DNA of 64,000 nt, taken from the NCBI GenBank assembly GCA_963781885.1, contig CAWAHW010000006.1, positions 224,001-288,000 on the forward strand, written 5' to 3'. A program made the position numbers and the translations under genes. The notes under the pieces are model-generated. The model had not been told where the DNA came from. It saw only the letters and a program-made list of their open reading frames with translations, and did not search any database. Below, in pieces: positions 8,816 to 18,226 of this stretch (position 1 is the first letter of the stretch; each line of letters begins with the position of its first letter). The DNA is from an uncultured Spirochaetota bacterium (GTDB lineage: Bacteria; Spirochaetota; Spirochaetia; SZUA-6; Fen-1364).

Positions 8816-10979
8816 GTGAGCGACAACCCCGACTCCGCGCGCCGGCTGCGGAAGATCCTCCTCGGGGCCGGCATCGGGGCGGCGGCGGCGCTCCTTGCCG
8901 CGGCCCTCTGGCTGCCGGGCGCGCTCGAGCTCTTCGAGGCCAAGACGTGGGACCTGCGCGCGCGGCTCCTGGCCCGGCCCGGGGCGGCCACGGCGCAGAT
9001 CGTGACCGTCATGATCGATCAGGGCAGCCTCAACTGGGCGAAGGACAACCAGCAGTGGCCGTGGCCGTGGCCGCGGACGGCGTACGCCGCCATCGCCTCG
9101 TTCTGCGCGCGCGGCGGGGCGAAAGCCGTCGTCTTCGACCTGATCTTCACGGAACCATCGGCATTCGGCGTCTCCGACGATGAAACCTTTGCTTCCGGCC
9201 TGAAGGACAACGGGCGGGCCGTCGGTGCCATGAACCTTGCGCGCCTGCAGGGGGAGGGCTCCGCCACCGCATGGCAGGCGGATGTGCCGGCACCCGCCCT
9301 GACCATCGACGGGCTCGACGAATGGGTGAAGCAGGCGCACCCGAAGCGTCTCGCGTTCACCCGCGCCCAGTTCCCGATCCCCGAGCTGTATCTCAATGCC
9401 CGCATGCTCGCGAATACCAATCTTCCTCCCGATCCCGGGGACGGCGTCTATCGTCGCGAGCCGCTCTTCAACACGTTCGACAACCGCATCATGCCCTCTG
9501 AAGCACTTGCCGCGTGGGCGATCGGCGTCGGGGGCCGCGTCAGCATCCGCCCGGGCGCGCTCACCGTCGGGGGGACCACCGTTCCCATCGACCGGGAGGG
9601 GAAGTGCGATCATCCGCTACCGCGGTCCGACGCAGACGCACAAATCGGTAGGCGCGTCGTGGGTCATTTCGGAGGAGGCGCAGATCGAGGCCGGAGCGGA
9701 TATGGCCAAGGACGCGGCCCTGTTCAAGGACAAGTACGTGTTCGTCGGCGTGACCGCACCGGGCGCCCTGGACCTGAAGCCCACCCCGATGTCGGGAAGC
9801 TACCCGGGCATGGAAGTCAATGCGACGATGCTCGACAATCTGCTGTCCGGTGACTTCATGAGCTCCGTTCCCGTCCTGCCGACCATCCTGCTCCTCCTGG
9901 TCCTTTGCCTGGGCGCGGGCATCGCGGTGTCGCTCGTGTCCGGGGCGGGGAGAAACGCCATTGTCTACGTCATCTTCCTGCCGCTCGCACCCGCTCTCGG
10001 CATCGCCGCCTATGCCCTGGGCTCCTGGCTGCAGATGGTGGTGCTGGAGCTCGGGGTCGTGGTCTCCCTGGTGGGATCGAGCCTTGGCAGTTACGCCACC
10101 GAGGGCCAGCAGAAGCGCTACATCAAGAATGCCTTCAAGCAGTACCTGAGCCCCGCGGTGATCGAGCAGCTCATCGCCCATCCCGACCGCCTGACGCTCG
10201 GCGGGGAGAAGCGCGAGCTCACGATCTTCTTCTCCGACGTGCAGGGCTTCACCGGCATCTCGGAAGCCCTCACGCCGGAAGACCTCACGGCGCTCCTGAA
10301 CGAGTACCTCTCCGCGATGGTCGACATCATTCAGGAAGAGGGCGGCACGATCGACAAGTTCGAAGGAGATGCCATCATCGCCTTCTGGAACGCCCCTCTT
10401 GCCCTGGAGGACCACGCCCTGCGCGGCGTGCGCGCGGCCTTGCGCTGCCAGGCGAAGCTCGCCGAGATGCGGCCGTCCGTCAAGGCGCGCATCGGCAAGG
10501 ACATGCGCATGCGCGTCGGCATGAATACGGGGTTTGCCGTTGTCGGCAACATGGGCTCGAAGACCCGATTCGACTACACGATGCTCGGCGACCAGGTGAA
10601 TCTTGCCGCACGACTTGAAGGCATCAACAAGCAGTTCGGAACCTATACGATGATCTCCGGCCCCGTCGTGGCGAAAATCGGGGGGGCCTTTCCCGCGCGC
10701 GAGCTTTCGCGGGTCGCGGTGGTGGGGCGCAAGGAGCCGGTGACGGTCTATGAGCCGATGCTCGCGGAAGAGTACGCGGCGCGCAGGTCGCAGCTTGAGA
10801 CATTCGCCGCCGGTCTTGCGCAGTATTACGCGGGCAGCTTCGTCGAGGCGGAACGCATCTTTGCCAGCGTGGCCGCTGCCGATCCCGCCGCGGAGTCCTA
10901 TGCGCGAAAGTGCAGGCTCCTGGCCGCCGCGCCGCCCGAGGAGGCATGGAACGGCGTCTGGGTCATGACGGAGAAATAG
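8816..10979 (+). CDS. CHASE2-domain class III adenylyl cyclase (frameshift at about 9600)
   Basis: N-terminal TM, CHASE2 WPWPR, 3 TMs; cyclase motifs FSDVQGFT, IDKFEGDA, DYTMLGDQVNLAARLE; extra G in a G-run. Confidence 0.9.
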
Positions 10980-10988
10980 GATCGACGC

Positions 10989-12743
10989 ATGAGAATGTCG
11001 CAGCTCTTCGGCACCACCCTGCGGGAAGCACCCGCGGGAGCGGAAAGCGCCAGCCACGCGCTCCTGGTGCGCGCGGGATTCGTGCGCCAGCTCGGCCAGG
11101 GCCTCTTTTCGTCGCTCCCGCTCGGACGGCGCTCCATGGCGCGCATCGAGGCGATGCTCCGCCGGATGATGGACGGCATCGGCGGCCAGGAGATTTCAAT
11201 GCCCGTGGTGCAGCCCGCGGAGCTCTGGAAGACGTCAGGACGGTGGGACTCCATCGGCCCGGAGATGGCGCGGTTCCGCGATCGGCGCGACCGGGACATG
11301 GCGCTTGCCATGACGCACGAGGAAGCCGTGGTGGACCTCTGCCGCACGGAGATACGCTCCTGGCGCCAGCTTCCGAAGCTCGTCTACCAGATCCAGACGA
11401 AGTTCCGCGACGATCCGCGGCCGCGGGCCGGTCTCATCCGGGTCCGCGAGTTCACCATGAAGGACTCCTACAGCCTCGACGCGGACGAGGCGGGCCTGGA
11501 CGCGCAGTATCGCGCGCATCATGCGGCGTACCTCGCCTTCTATGCACGGTGCGGCCTGCCCGTTGTCGCGGTGGGCTCGGACACCGGCATGATGGGCGGG
11601 AGCATGGCGCACGAGTTCATGTACCTGACGCCGGTGGGCGAGGACACGATCGTACGGTGCGCCGCCTGCGGCTATGCCGCCAACCGACAGGTCGCCCGTT
11701 TCCAGCGCGCCGCCGTGCCGGCCGGCACCGCGCGTCCCGTTGAGAAAATCGCCACGCCGGGATGCACGACGATCGACGACCTTGCGAAGCTGCTCGGCGT
11801 CTCCCGGGCTGCCACGGCAAAGGCGGTTTTCATGGTGGCCTCGGGCGATGCCGAACGCTTCGTTTTCGCCGTGGTGCGCGGCGACAGCGAATGCAGCGAG
11901 ACCAAGCTTGCCGCGGCGGTGCATGCCGATGCCCTGCGCCCTGCCACGGAGGAGGAGATACGCGCCGCGGGCGCCGTGCCGGGCTACGCCTCACCCATCG
12001 GGCTTCCTGCATCCACCCTTGTCGTCGTGGATGAGGCGGTCGCCGGGACGCCCAACCTGGTGGCCGGCGCGAATGAGGAGGGCTACCACCTTCTCCATAC
12101 AAACGTTCCGCGCGACTACAGTCCCACCCTGATCTGCGACATCGCCGCCGCCGCGGAAGGGGATGCCTGCGAGCAGTGCGGGGCGCCGCTTTCACTGGTC
12201 CGCGGGGTGGAGGTGGGCAACATTTTCAAGCTGGGCACCCGCTACAGCACCGCCGCCGGGGCGACATACCAGGACCCCGAGGGGCGGGAGAAGCCCGTCG
12301 TCATGGGCTCCTACGGCATCGGTGTCGGGCGACTGCTTGCCTGCATCGCGGAGGAGCACCACGACGAGCAGGGCTTGTGCTGGCCGGTGAGCGTCGCGCC
12401 ATTCGTGGTGCACGTCATCGCCCTGGGCGCCGCGGGAACGGAGGCGGGCACGGAAGCCGCCCGGTTCACCGACGAGCTGCAAGGCCGCGGCATCGACGTC
12501 CTTTTCGACGACCGTGAGGAGAGCCCCGGCGTGAAGTTCGCCGACGCCGATCTTGTGGGCATCCCGATCCGCATCACCGTGAGCGCCCGCTCCCTCAAAT
12601 CAGGCGGCGTGGAGATGAAGTTGCGCACAGGGCCTGAGAAGATTGTCGTTCCGTCGGCTGAGGCACCGGAGCGTGTCGCCCGCGAGCTGCGTGTGATGCA
12701 GGAAGCACTCGATGCGGCGGCGGAGCGGGCAGGGAAGGCCTGA
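10989..12743 (+). CDS. proS: proline--tRNA ligase (bacterial type with editing insertion)
   Basis: MTHEE, FRDDPRPRAGLIRVREFTMKD, GVEVGNIFKLG, MGSYGIG; INS editing domain. Confidence 0.97.
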   Translation: MRMSQLFGTTLREAPAGAESASHALLVRAGFVRQLGQGLFSSLPLGRRSMARIEAMLRRMMDGIGGQEISMPVVQPAELWKTSGRWDSIGPEMARFRDRRDRDMALAMTHEEAVVDLCRTEIRSWRQLPKLVYQIQTKFRDDPRPRAGLIRVREFTMKDSYSLDADEAGLDAQYRAHHAAYLAFYARCGLPVVAVGSDTGMMGGSMAHEFMYLTPVGEDTIVRCAACGYAANRQVARFQRAAVPAGTARPVEKIATPGCTTIDDLAKLLGVSRAATAKAVFMVASGDAERFVFAVVRGDSECSETKLAAAVHADALRPATEEEIRAAGAVPGYASPIGLPASTLVVVDEAVAGTPNLVAGANEEGYHLLHTNVPRDYSPTLICDIAAAAEGDACEQCGAPLSLVRGVEVGNIFKLGTRYSTAAGATYQDPEGREKPVVMGSYGIGVGRLLACIAEEHHDEQGLCWPVSVAPFVVHVIALGAAGTEAGTEAARFTDELQGRGIDVLFDDREESPGVKFADADLVGIPIRITVSARSLKSGGVEMKLRTGPEKIVVPSAEAPERVARELRVMQEALDAAAERAGKA

Positions 12744-12790
12744 GCCCGTCGCGCCTCTTCCGGGACGCGGGGCACCGGCCGACCGCCCGC

Positions 12791-12812
12791 AAATGCCACG
12801 CGGTACCGTGGC
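12791..12812 (+). repeat. intergenic palindromic repeat, copy A (AAATGCCACGCGGTACCGTGGC)
   Basis: Matches copies at 40632-40703 and 63898-63929; GCCACG/CGTGGC hairpin. Confidence 0.7.
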
Positions 12813-12816
12813 CGCC

Positions 12817-13710
12817 CTAGTGGTTCTGGAGCAGCCCCGCGGCGGTCGTGCCCAGATTGCTTGTGCCTTCCAGGGTCACCACCTTCTGCAGGCTTGCAGT
12901 TGCCTTCTGCTCGTCCCCTGCCCCGCGATAGCCGAGCCCGAGGAGGAAGTAGTAGAGCGACGCCCGTTGCGCATCGTTTGACAGGTCGTTCCCGGGCTGA
13001 TTCAGCCACTGAACCGCCTGTGCGAATGCGAAGGTGTCCTGGTACAACTTCGCCTGCAGCAGGACATAGTCGCCGGACCACGAAGCGCCACCGGCGGGTT
13101 TTGCGCCGGCGATTTGCCTGACCGCGTCAGGCGTGTCGCCGTTCAACGAGTACGCAGAGGCAAGGTAATAGTGCGTTTCAGCGACCTCGTCCCCGGTCGC
13201 GTCATCCAGGGCCTCCGTGAGCTTGCCGACGGCGGCCGTGTAGTCCCCGGATTGGATGTCATCTTTTGCCTGGTCGATGTTTTCCTGGGCGTTTGATTCC
13301 ACCCACTCGGAATCCAGGCTGGCGCTCTCATCCGCCCCGCGCGCGCCCGCCGCCGTGCTCTGATTCTTCACCCTTCCCGCGAGCAGGTAGACAAGCGACG
13401 CCGAGATCGCTTGGACGACGCCTGCCGAACCCAGCTTCTGACGTGCGGCGAGGAGGTCTCCGACGGCATACGTGCCTTTCTGCGTCAGGTAGATGTCCGC
13501 CCCGGCACCCTTGAGCTGCATGGCGGCTCCGGCATCGAGACGCACGCTCGCATCTGAAGAGACCGTGTCTCCGATTGCAAGCGCCTGCCACGAGGAACCG
13601 CTGCGGAGATAGGCAGCACCCTCGACGTAGGACACGCTGAAGGCGGGAGCGGCAAAGACGAAGCCGCGCAGAGTGAAGAACATCACCAGGGAGAAAATGG
13701 ACAATTTCAT
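12817..13710 (-). CDS. secreted FecR-like beta domain plus TPR protein
   Basis: Signal peptide; VSYVEG...LAIGDTV...VRL FecR-like N-terminus; AGARG motif; C-terminal TPR-like helices (HYYLASAY, YFLLGLGY). Confidence 0.65.
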   Translation of the reverse strand: MKLSIFSLVMFFTLRGFVFAAPAFSVSYVEGAAYLRSGSSWQALAIGDTVSSDASVRLDAGAAMQLKGAGADIYLTQKGTYAVGDLLAARQKLGSAGVVQAISASLVYLLAGRVKNQSTAAGARGADESASLDSEWVESNAQENIDQAKDDIQSGDYTAAVGKLTEALDDATGDEVAETHYYLASAYSLNGDTPDAVRQIAGAKPAGGASWSGDYVLLQAKLYQDTFAFAQAVQWLNQPGNDLSNDAQRASLYYFLLGLGYRGAGDEQKATASLQKVVTLEGTSNLGTTAAGLLQNH

Positions 13711-13833
13711 TTGCTTCCTCGCACTGAAGCCATTGTACACCCCTATCGCCTTCTCCGACAGTGGGGTCAGAGTCTTCTTTCGCGCGCTATTTTGCCGTGC
13801 CTTCGAAAGGCTCGGCGGGGTGGATTGCGTCGT

Positions 13834-14985
13834 TCAATTGAGCGGGGCGACGGCCGTGCGGCACGGCGAAGAGATACCCAGCAGGCGGCATGCGGCATCG
13901 GAGGCGTGCTCGGCCATGAGGCGGAAGGTCGTCAGCTTGCCGCCAACGACCGTGATGAGCCCGTCGATGCCATTCTCCGCCTGGTGATCGATGACATTGA
14001 AATCCCTGCTCCAGAGATGCGGGTCCCCGCCGTCCGGTCCTGGGACCTCTCCGTTATAAAGGGGGCGCACGCCGGCCCAGGAATGCTTGAGGGGGAGCCG
14101 CGCAAGCCCCGGAAGGATCATCGCGACCTGCTCCCGGATGCGGCGGGTCTCCTCCTCCGTCACCTGCGCGTCGTCCGGGTCATCCGTGGGGATGATGGTC
14201 GTCCCGGCAATGCTCACCGAGCCGCGGGGCAGCACGATGTCGCCGTCACCCGGAGGCTGCAGCCGGTTGACCACCCCGCGCACGTGCCGGCCCGCAAAGG
14301 CGAGCATCGCGCCACGAGCGAGCGACAGGCGCATGGCGACCCCCGCGCGACGGGCAAGCTGCGCGGTCCAGGGGCCCGCGGCGATGATCGTCACCCGGCC
14401 GCGCAGCTCGACGGCCGCGCCGGTCCGGGCGTCTTTCAGGCAAGCGCCGACGATGCCGTTCTCATTCAACAATAACCGCTCCACGCCGTGATGGGTGAGT
14501 ATCGATGCACCGTGCGCCTCGGCGCCGCGGGCAAGGAGGGCGCAGAGCGTGAAGGAATTGCAGACGGCGTTGGGAACCTCGAAGGCCTGCACGATGGCGG
14601 GGTTGAGCCCCGGCTCGCGCCGCAGGGCCTCTTCCCGCGGGATGTCGCGGACCGTCACGCCCGCCGCGGCGCACGCGTGCACCCAGGCATCGACGTAGCC
14701 GGGGTCATCGCCGGGAGCAAGGACGAAAAGGCCCGCCGTGTCCGTCACGGCGGCCGCGGCCATTGCCTTCACCGTCGCGCTTTCCCGGGCGCATTCCCGG
14801 GCCGTCTCGGGATCCGTCACCGCATAGCGGCCGCCCGAATGCAGGAGGCCGTGGTAGCGGCCGGTCGTTCCGGCTCCCAGGCCGCCGCGGTCGACGAGCG
14901 TGACGCGCACGCCGCGCAGGCTCAAGTCCCACGCGATGCCGCAACCCGTGGCGCCCCCCCCGATGACAATGGCATCCGTCTGCAT
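13834..14985 (-). CDS. FAD-dependent glycerol-3-phosphate dehydrogenase (GlpA-like, short form)
   Basis: IGGGATG, HGLLHSGGRYAV, WAGVRPL, GGKLTTFRLMAE; no C-terminal BFD domain. Confidence 0.85.
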   Translation of the reverse strand: MQTDAIVIGGGATGCGIAWDLSLRGVRVTLVDRGGLGAGTTGRYHGLLHSGGRYAVTDPETARECARESATVKAMAAAAVTDTAGLFVLAPGDDPGYVDAWVHACAAAGVTVRDIPREEALRREPGLNPAIVQAFEVPNAVCNSFTLCALLARGAEAHGASILTHHGVERLLLNENGIVGACLKDARTGAAVELRGRVTIIAAGPWTAQLARRAGVAMRLSLARGAMLAFAGRHVRGVVNRLQPPGDGDIVLPRGSVSIAGTTIIPTDDPDDAQVTEEETRRIREQVAMILPGLARLPLKHSWAGVRPLYNGEVPGPDGGDPHLWSRDFNVIDHQAENGIDGLITVVGGKLTTFRLMAEHASDAACRLLGISSPCRTAVAPLN

Positions 14986-15098
14986 CCGCCGCCCGTCCCG
15001 CGACGGTCTATCCTTTCTCCGCGGTGAGGGTCAACCCGTTGATGCGAAGGTCCCGGATCGCTACAGTGTCCCCCACCTCGAAAGGAAGGAGCAGGGAA

Positions 15099-16184
15099 AT
15101 GGCGCAAAAGCTCAGGGTCGGTATCGTCGGCGCGACTGGCATGGTGGGCCAGCGATTCGTGACGCTCCTGGCGGATCACCCCTGGTTCGAGGTCGTGACG
15201 GTCGCCGCGAGCGAGCGCTCGGCCGGACGCAGCTACGCGGAGGCCGCGGCGGCGCGGTGGGCAATGAGCGCGCCGGTTCCCGCCTCGATCGGCAGGCTCA
15301 CGGTGAAGAACGCCGCGGCCGTGGAGGAGGTGGCCGCCGGGGTGGACTTCATCTTCTGCGCCGTGGACATGCCGAAGGAGGAGACGCGCGCGCTGGAGGA
15401 CGCCTACGCGAAGGCGGAGACGCCCGTTGTCTCCAACAACTCGGCGCATCGCCTGACGCCCGACGTTCCCATGGTCCTTCCCGAGGTGAACGCGGAGCAC
15501 CTCAGCGTCATTCCCCAGCAGAGAAAGAGGCTGGGCACTACGCGTGGATTCATCACGGTGAAGCCCAACTGCTCCATCCAGAGCTACGTCCCCGCGCTGC
15601 ACGCCCTGCGCGAGTTCGGCATCGAGAAGGTGTTCGTGAGCACCTACCAGGCGATATCGGGCGCCGGCAAGACTTTCAAGGACTGGCCGGAGATGACGGA
15701 CAACGTGATTCCTTACATCGGCGGGGAGGAAGAGAAGAGCGAGAAGGAGCCGTTGAAGGTCTGGGGATCCGTGCACGGCGACGGCATCGTGAACGCGGCG
15801 GGTCCCACGATCAGTAGCCAGTGCATCCGCGTGCCGGTGACCGACGGGCATCTGGCTGCCGTATTTGTCTCCTTCGCGCGCACGCCGACGAAGGAAAGAA
15901 TCCTGGAGCTCTGGAAATGCTGCGAGGGCAAGCCGCAGAAGCTGGGTCTGCCCAGCGCGCCGAAGCCCTTTCTCACGTACTTCACGGACGAAAGCCGGCC
16001 GCAGACGAGGCTTGATCGGGACAACGCGGGGGGAATGGGCATCACCATCGGCAGGCTGCGGGAGGACAAGATCCTCGACTATCGTTTCGTATGCCTGTCG
16101 CACAACACGATCCGCGGCGCCGCGGGAGGGGCCGTCCTGACCGCGGAGCTCCTGAAAGCCGAAGGCTACATCGTTCCAAAATAG
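15099..16184 (+). CDS. asd: aspartate-semialdehyde dehydrogenase (archaeal/eukaryotic-like type)
   Basis: GATGMVG, KPNCS (catalytic Cys), STYQAISGAG, HNTIRGAAGG; AAGGAG SD. Confidence 0.96.
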   Translation: MAQKLRVGIVGATGMVGQRFVTLLADHPWFEVVTVAASERSAGRSYAEAAAARWAMSAPVPASIGRLTVKNAAAVEEVAAGVDFIFCAVDMPKEETRALEDAYAKAETPVVSNNSAHRLTPDVPMVLPEVNAEHLSVIPQQRKRLGTTRGFITVKPNCSIQSYVPALHALREFGIEKVFVSTYQAISGAGKTFKDWPEMTDNVIPYIGGEEEKSEKEPLKVWGSVHGDGIVNAAGPTISSQCIRVPVTDGHLAAVFVSFARTPTKERILELWKCCEGKPQKLGLPSAPKPFLTYFTDESRPQTRLDRDNAGGMGITIGRLREDKILDYRFVCLSHNTIRGAAGGAVLTAELLKAEGYIVPK

Positions 16185-16208
16185 GCCGGAAATTTTTTCC
16201 CAGAGCGC

Positions 16209-16245
16209 TTGACTAGTCTGATATTTTTGTATACTGATATATCAG
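16209..16245 (+). promoter_or_regulatory. promoter-like hexamers overlapped by palindromic operator CTGATATATCAG (putative GntR site)
   Basis: TTGACT 16209-14 and TATACT 16230-35 (15-nt spacing, non-canonical); perfect 12-bp palindrome 16234-45; extra half-site TCTGATAT 16217-24. Confidence 0.55.
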
Positions 16246-16263
16246 ATTATCATCTGGCGTTTG

Positions 16264-16319
16264 AACCCGCTCCACCGCATTGGCAGCACTCAGCAGCTAC
16301 AACGGGGCGGGTTTTTTTA
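16264..16319 (+). terminator. long hairpin with U-tract (putative sRNA 3' end or attenuator)
   Basis: AACCCGCTCC pairs with GGGGCGGGTT (one G-U) around a structured inner segment of about 30 nt, followed by a T-run. Confidence 0.6.
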
Positions 16320-16354
16320 TTTGCGCGGCCGTGGTACTATCGGCTTCTTGTATC

Positions 16355-17053
16355 ATGGGTGAAACACTGAGCGATCGCCGCAAAAACCCACAGGATCCCC
16401 GCAGCCTCGTCGACAAGGTGTACGACTATCTGCTGGATCGCATCATCACCGGCGCCATCAAGTACGGTGATGCGATCAATATCAAGAAGGTCGCCGCCGA
16501 GCTTTCCGTGAGCAGCATGCCCGCCCGCGAGGCGGTGAAGAGGCTGGAGCTGGAAGGGGTGGTCACCATCAAGCCGCGCAGCGCCTGCCGCGTGCGCATC
16601 CCCTCCCGACGGATGATCCTGGAAGTCTACGAGCTGCGGGAAGCCCTGGAGGTGTTCGCGGTGACACGCTGCGGCGGCGCGGTTCCCCCCGACACGCTGC
16701 GGAGGATGCAGGACATCGTCGAAGGGATGCGGAACGTCTCCACGCAGCAGGACGCGGTGGCGCGCGCGCACACGGCGGCCGATCTCGATCGGCGCTTTCA
16801 CGAGGAGATCATCGGTCTCGTGGGGAACGAGCTCCTGAGCATCTTCTCCCGCCAGCTCAGCCTCCACGTGAATATGACCCTCATGCACGAGAGGACCTAC
16901 AACACGCTGGAAAAGGAGTGGCCCGACATGCACGCCGAGGTCCTCCGCTGCATCCAGACCGATCCGCCGCAGGCGGTGGGCCTGCTGCGCGAGCATTTCG
17001 CCCGGGCAACGGCCCTCTGGAAGGCGAACGGCGACGATTTCCCGGCGGGATGA
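16355..17053 (+). CDS. GntR family regulator (FadR/FCD type)
   Basis: HTH VAAELSVSSMPAREAVKRLELEG; FCD LDRRFHEEI...GN; extended -10 TGGTACTAT at 16332-40. Confidence 0.92.
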   Translation: MGETLSDRRKNPQDPRSLVDKVYDYLLDRIITGAIKYGDAINIKKVAAELSVSSMPAREAVKRLELEGVVTIKPRSACRVRIPSRRMILEVYELREALEVFAVTRCGGAVPPDTLRRMQDIVEGMRNVSTQQDAVARAHTAADLDRRFHEEIIGLVGNELLSIFSRQLSLHVNMTLMHERTYNTLEKEWPDMHAEVLRCIQTDPPQAVGLLREHFARATALWKANGDDFPAG

Positions 17054-17059
17054 ACCGGC

Positions 17060-17716
17060 TTACAATGGCTCCCTCACTCCCCGCACGTGATGGGGGAAGC
17101 GGACGGCGGCCTTTGCGATCTGTCGGACCTGAAAATCCTGCATCGCGCTGAATGACGCAAGGAGCCTGTCCTTGTCGGGATAGACGTCAAGACCGCCCGC
17201 GTCGAGGGCAAGGAGAAGCTCGTGCGCAGCCTCGATGGTGGAAAGACACCACGCCGCGGGCTGGCGCTTGATCGTGAAAAGGCTGGGCGCGCGAGGCTCG
17301 ATCGTCACGCGGGGCAGGCGCATGAGGGACGGGCTTTCCCGCACGATCGTTCGCGCGCCGTGCCACGTCGCATCGACGAGAAAGACGACAAGCCTTCGCT
17401 CGCCGAGCGGAAGGGCCGGCAGCGCCCCTCCGCGCAGGCTGATCGCGCCGTCCCCCGGATACAGCAGGACGGGGAAGTTCAGAGGATCGTCCACAAGGGC
17501 GCGAACCCTCGCGTTGTCGTCGAAGCCGACACCCGGGACGATCTCGCTGTTGGCGAGGTTCAGGCACGTGAGCCGCCCCGTCGTGCATTTCTGGTGACGG
17601 AACTCCTTCGGGTGCATGAGGAGGACGATCCGCGTCCGCGTTTCCATCGGCGGCTCTGACGGGCAGAGGCAGCAGGAGGCGGGACGCCAGCATCGGTAAC
17701 AGGTCTCTCGGGGCAT
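17060..17716 (-). CDS. DTW-domain tRNA-uridine aminocarboxypropyltransferase
   Basis: N-terminal CYRC...CLC, HPKE, TGRL, DATW, LSTIEA. Confidence 0.9.
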   Translation of the reverse strand: MPRETCYRCWRPASCCLCPSEPPMETRTRIVLLMHPKEFRHQKCTTGRLTCLNLANSEIVPGVGFDDNARVRALVDDPLNFPVLLYPGDGAISLRGGALPALPLGERRLVVFLVDATWHGARTIVRESPSLMRLPRVTIEPRAPSLFTIKRQPAAWCLSTIEAAHELLLALDAGGLDVYPDKDRLLASFSAMQDFQVRQIAKAAVRFPHHVRGVREPL

Positions 17717-17735
17717 GGGCGACGCCCGGCGCGCT

Positions 17736-18224
17736 TTAGAACTTGTAGCCGAACTTCTTGAGCATTGCGCGGCGGTCCGCCTTGTCGGCGTCCCCTTCCA
17801 CGCCCTTGGGGGATGCGCCGTCGATCACACCGATGATGCCTCTGCCCTGCTCTGTTCCGGCCACGAGCACCTGCAGCGGGTTTCCCGTCGCGCAGAAGAT
17901 GCGGCAGACCTCGGGGCAGGCCTTTATCTGTGCGAGCACGTTGATGGGGAATGCCCCTGAAAGCACGAGGAAGAAGGTATGCCCCGCCGCCACCGCCTGC
18001 GCGGCGCGCACCGCGTCGGCAACCAGGGTCGTGTCATTCCCCTCCGTGCGGACCAGGCAGGGGCCGGAGGCTTCGCAGAAAGCAAGGCCGTATTTCGCGC
18101 CGGGCACCGTGGAGGCCATGATCTCCGCGACATCCTCCGCGGTCTTGATGAAGTGCGACTGCCCGACGATGATGTTCGCCCCGTCCTGCCACGTCACGGG
18201 AACGACGCTAATGCGCGCGTCCAT
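17736..18224 (-). CDS. adenosine-specific kinase / AMP-protein transferase family
   Basis: NIIVGQSHFIKT, FCEASGPCL, AGHTF, IFCATGNP, GRGIIGVIDG. Confidence 0.9.
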   Translation of the reverse strand: MDARISVVPVTWQDGANIIVGQSHFIKTAEDVAEIMASTVPGAKYGLAFCEASGPCLVRTEGNDTTLVADAVRAAQAVAAGHTFFLVLSGAFPINVLAQIKACPEVCRIFCATGNPLQVLVAGTEQGRGIIGVIDGASPKGVEGDADKADRRAMLKKFGYKF

Positions 18225-18226
18225 GC

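Noticed and set aside
7375-9183. 602-aa SH3-M48 fusion ORF
   Set aside because: It is an artefact of two frameshifts; the M48 part has its own SD, ATG and lipobox.
16264-16319. Guanidine-IV riboswitch (CTCCACCG plus terminator)
   Set aside because: The GGAG needed to close the first hairpin and the second-loop motif are missing, and the downstream gene is not a typical target.
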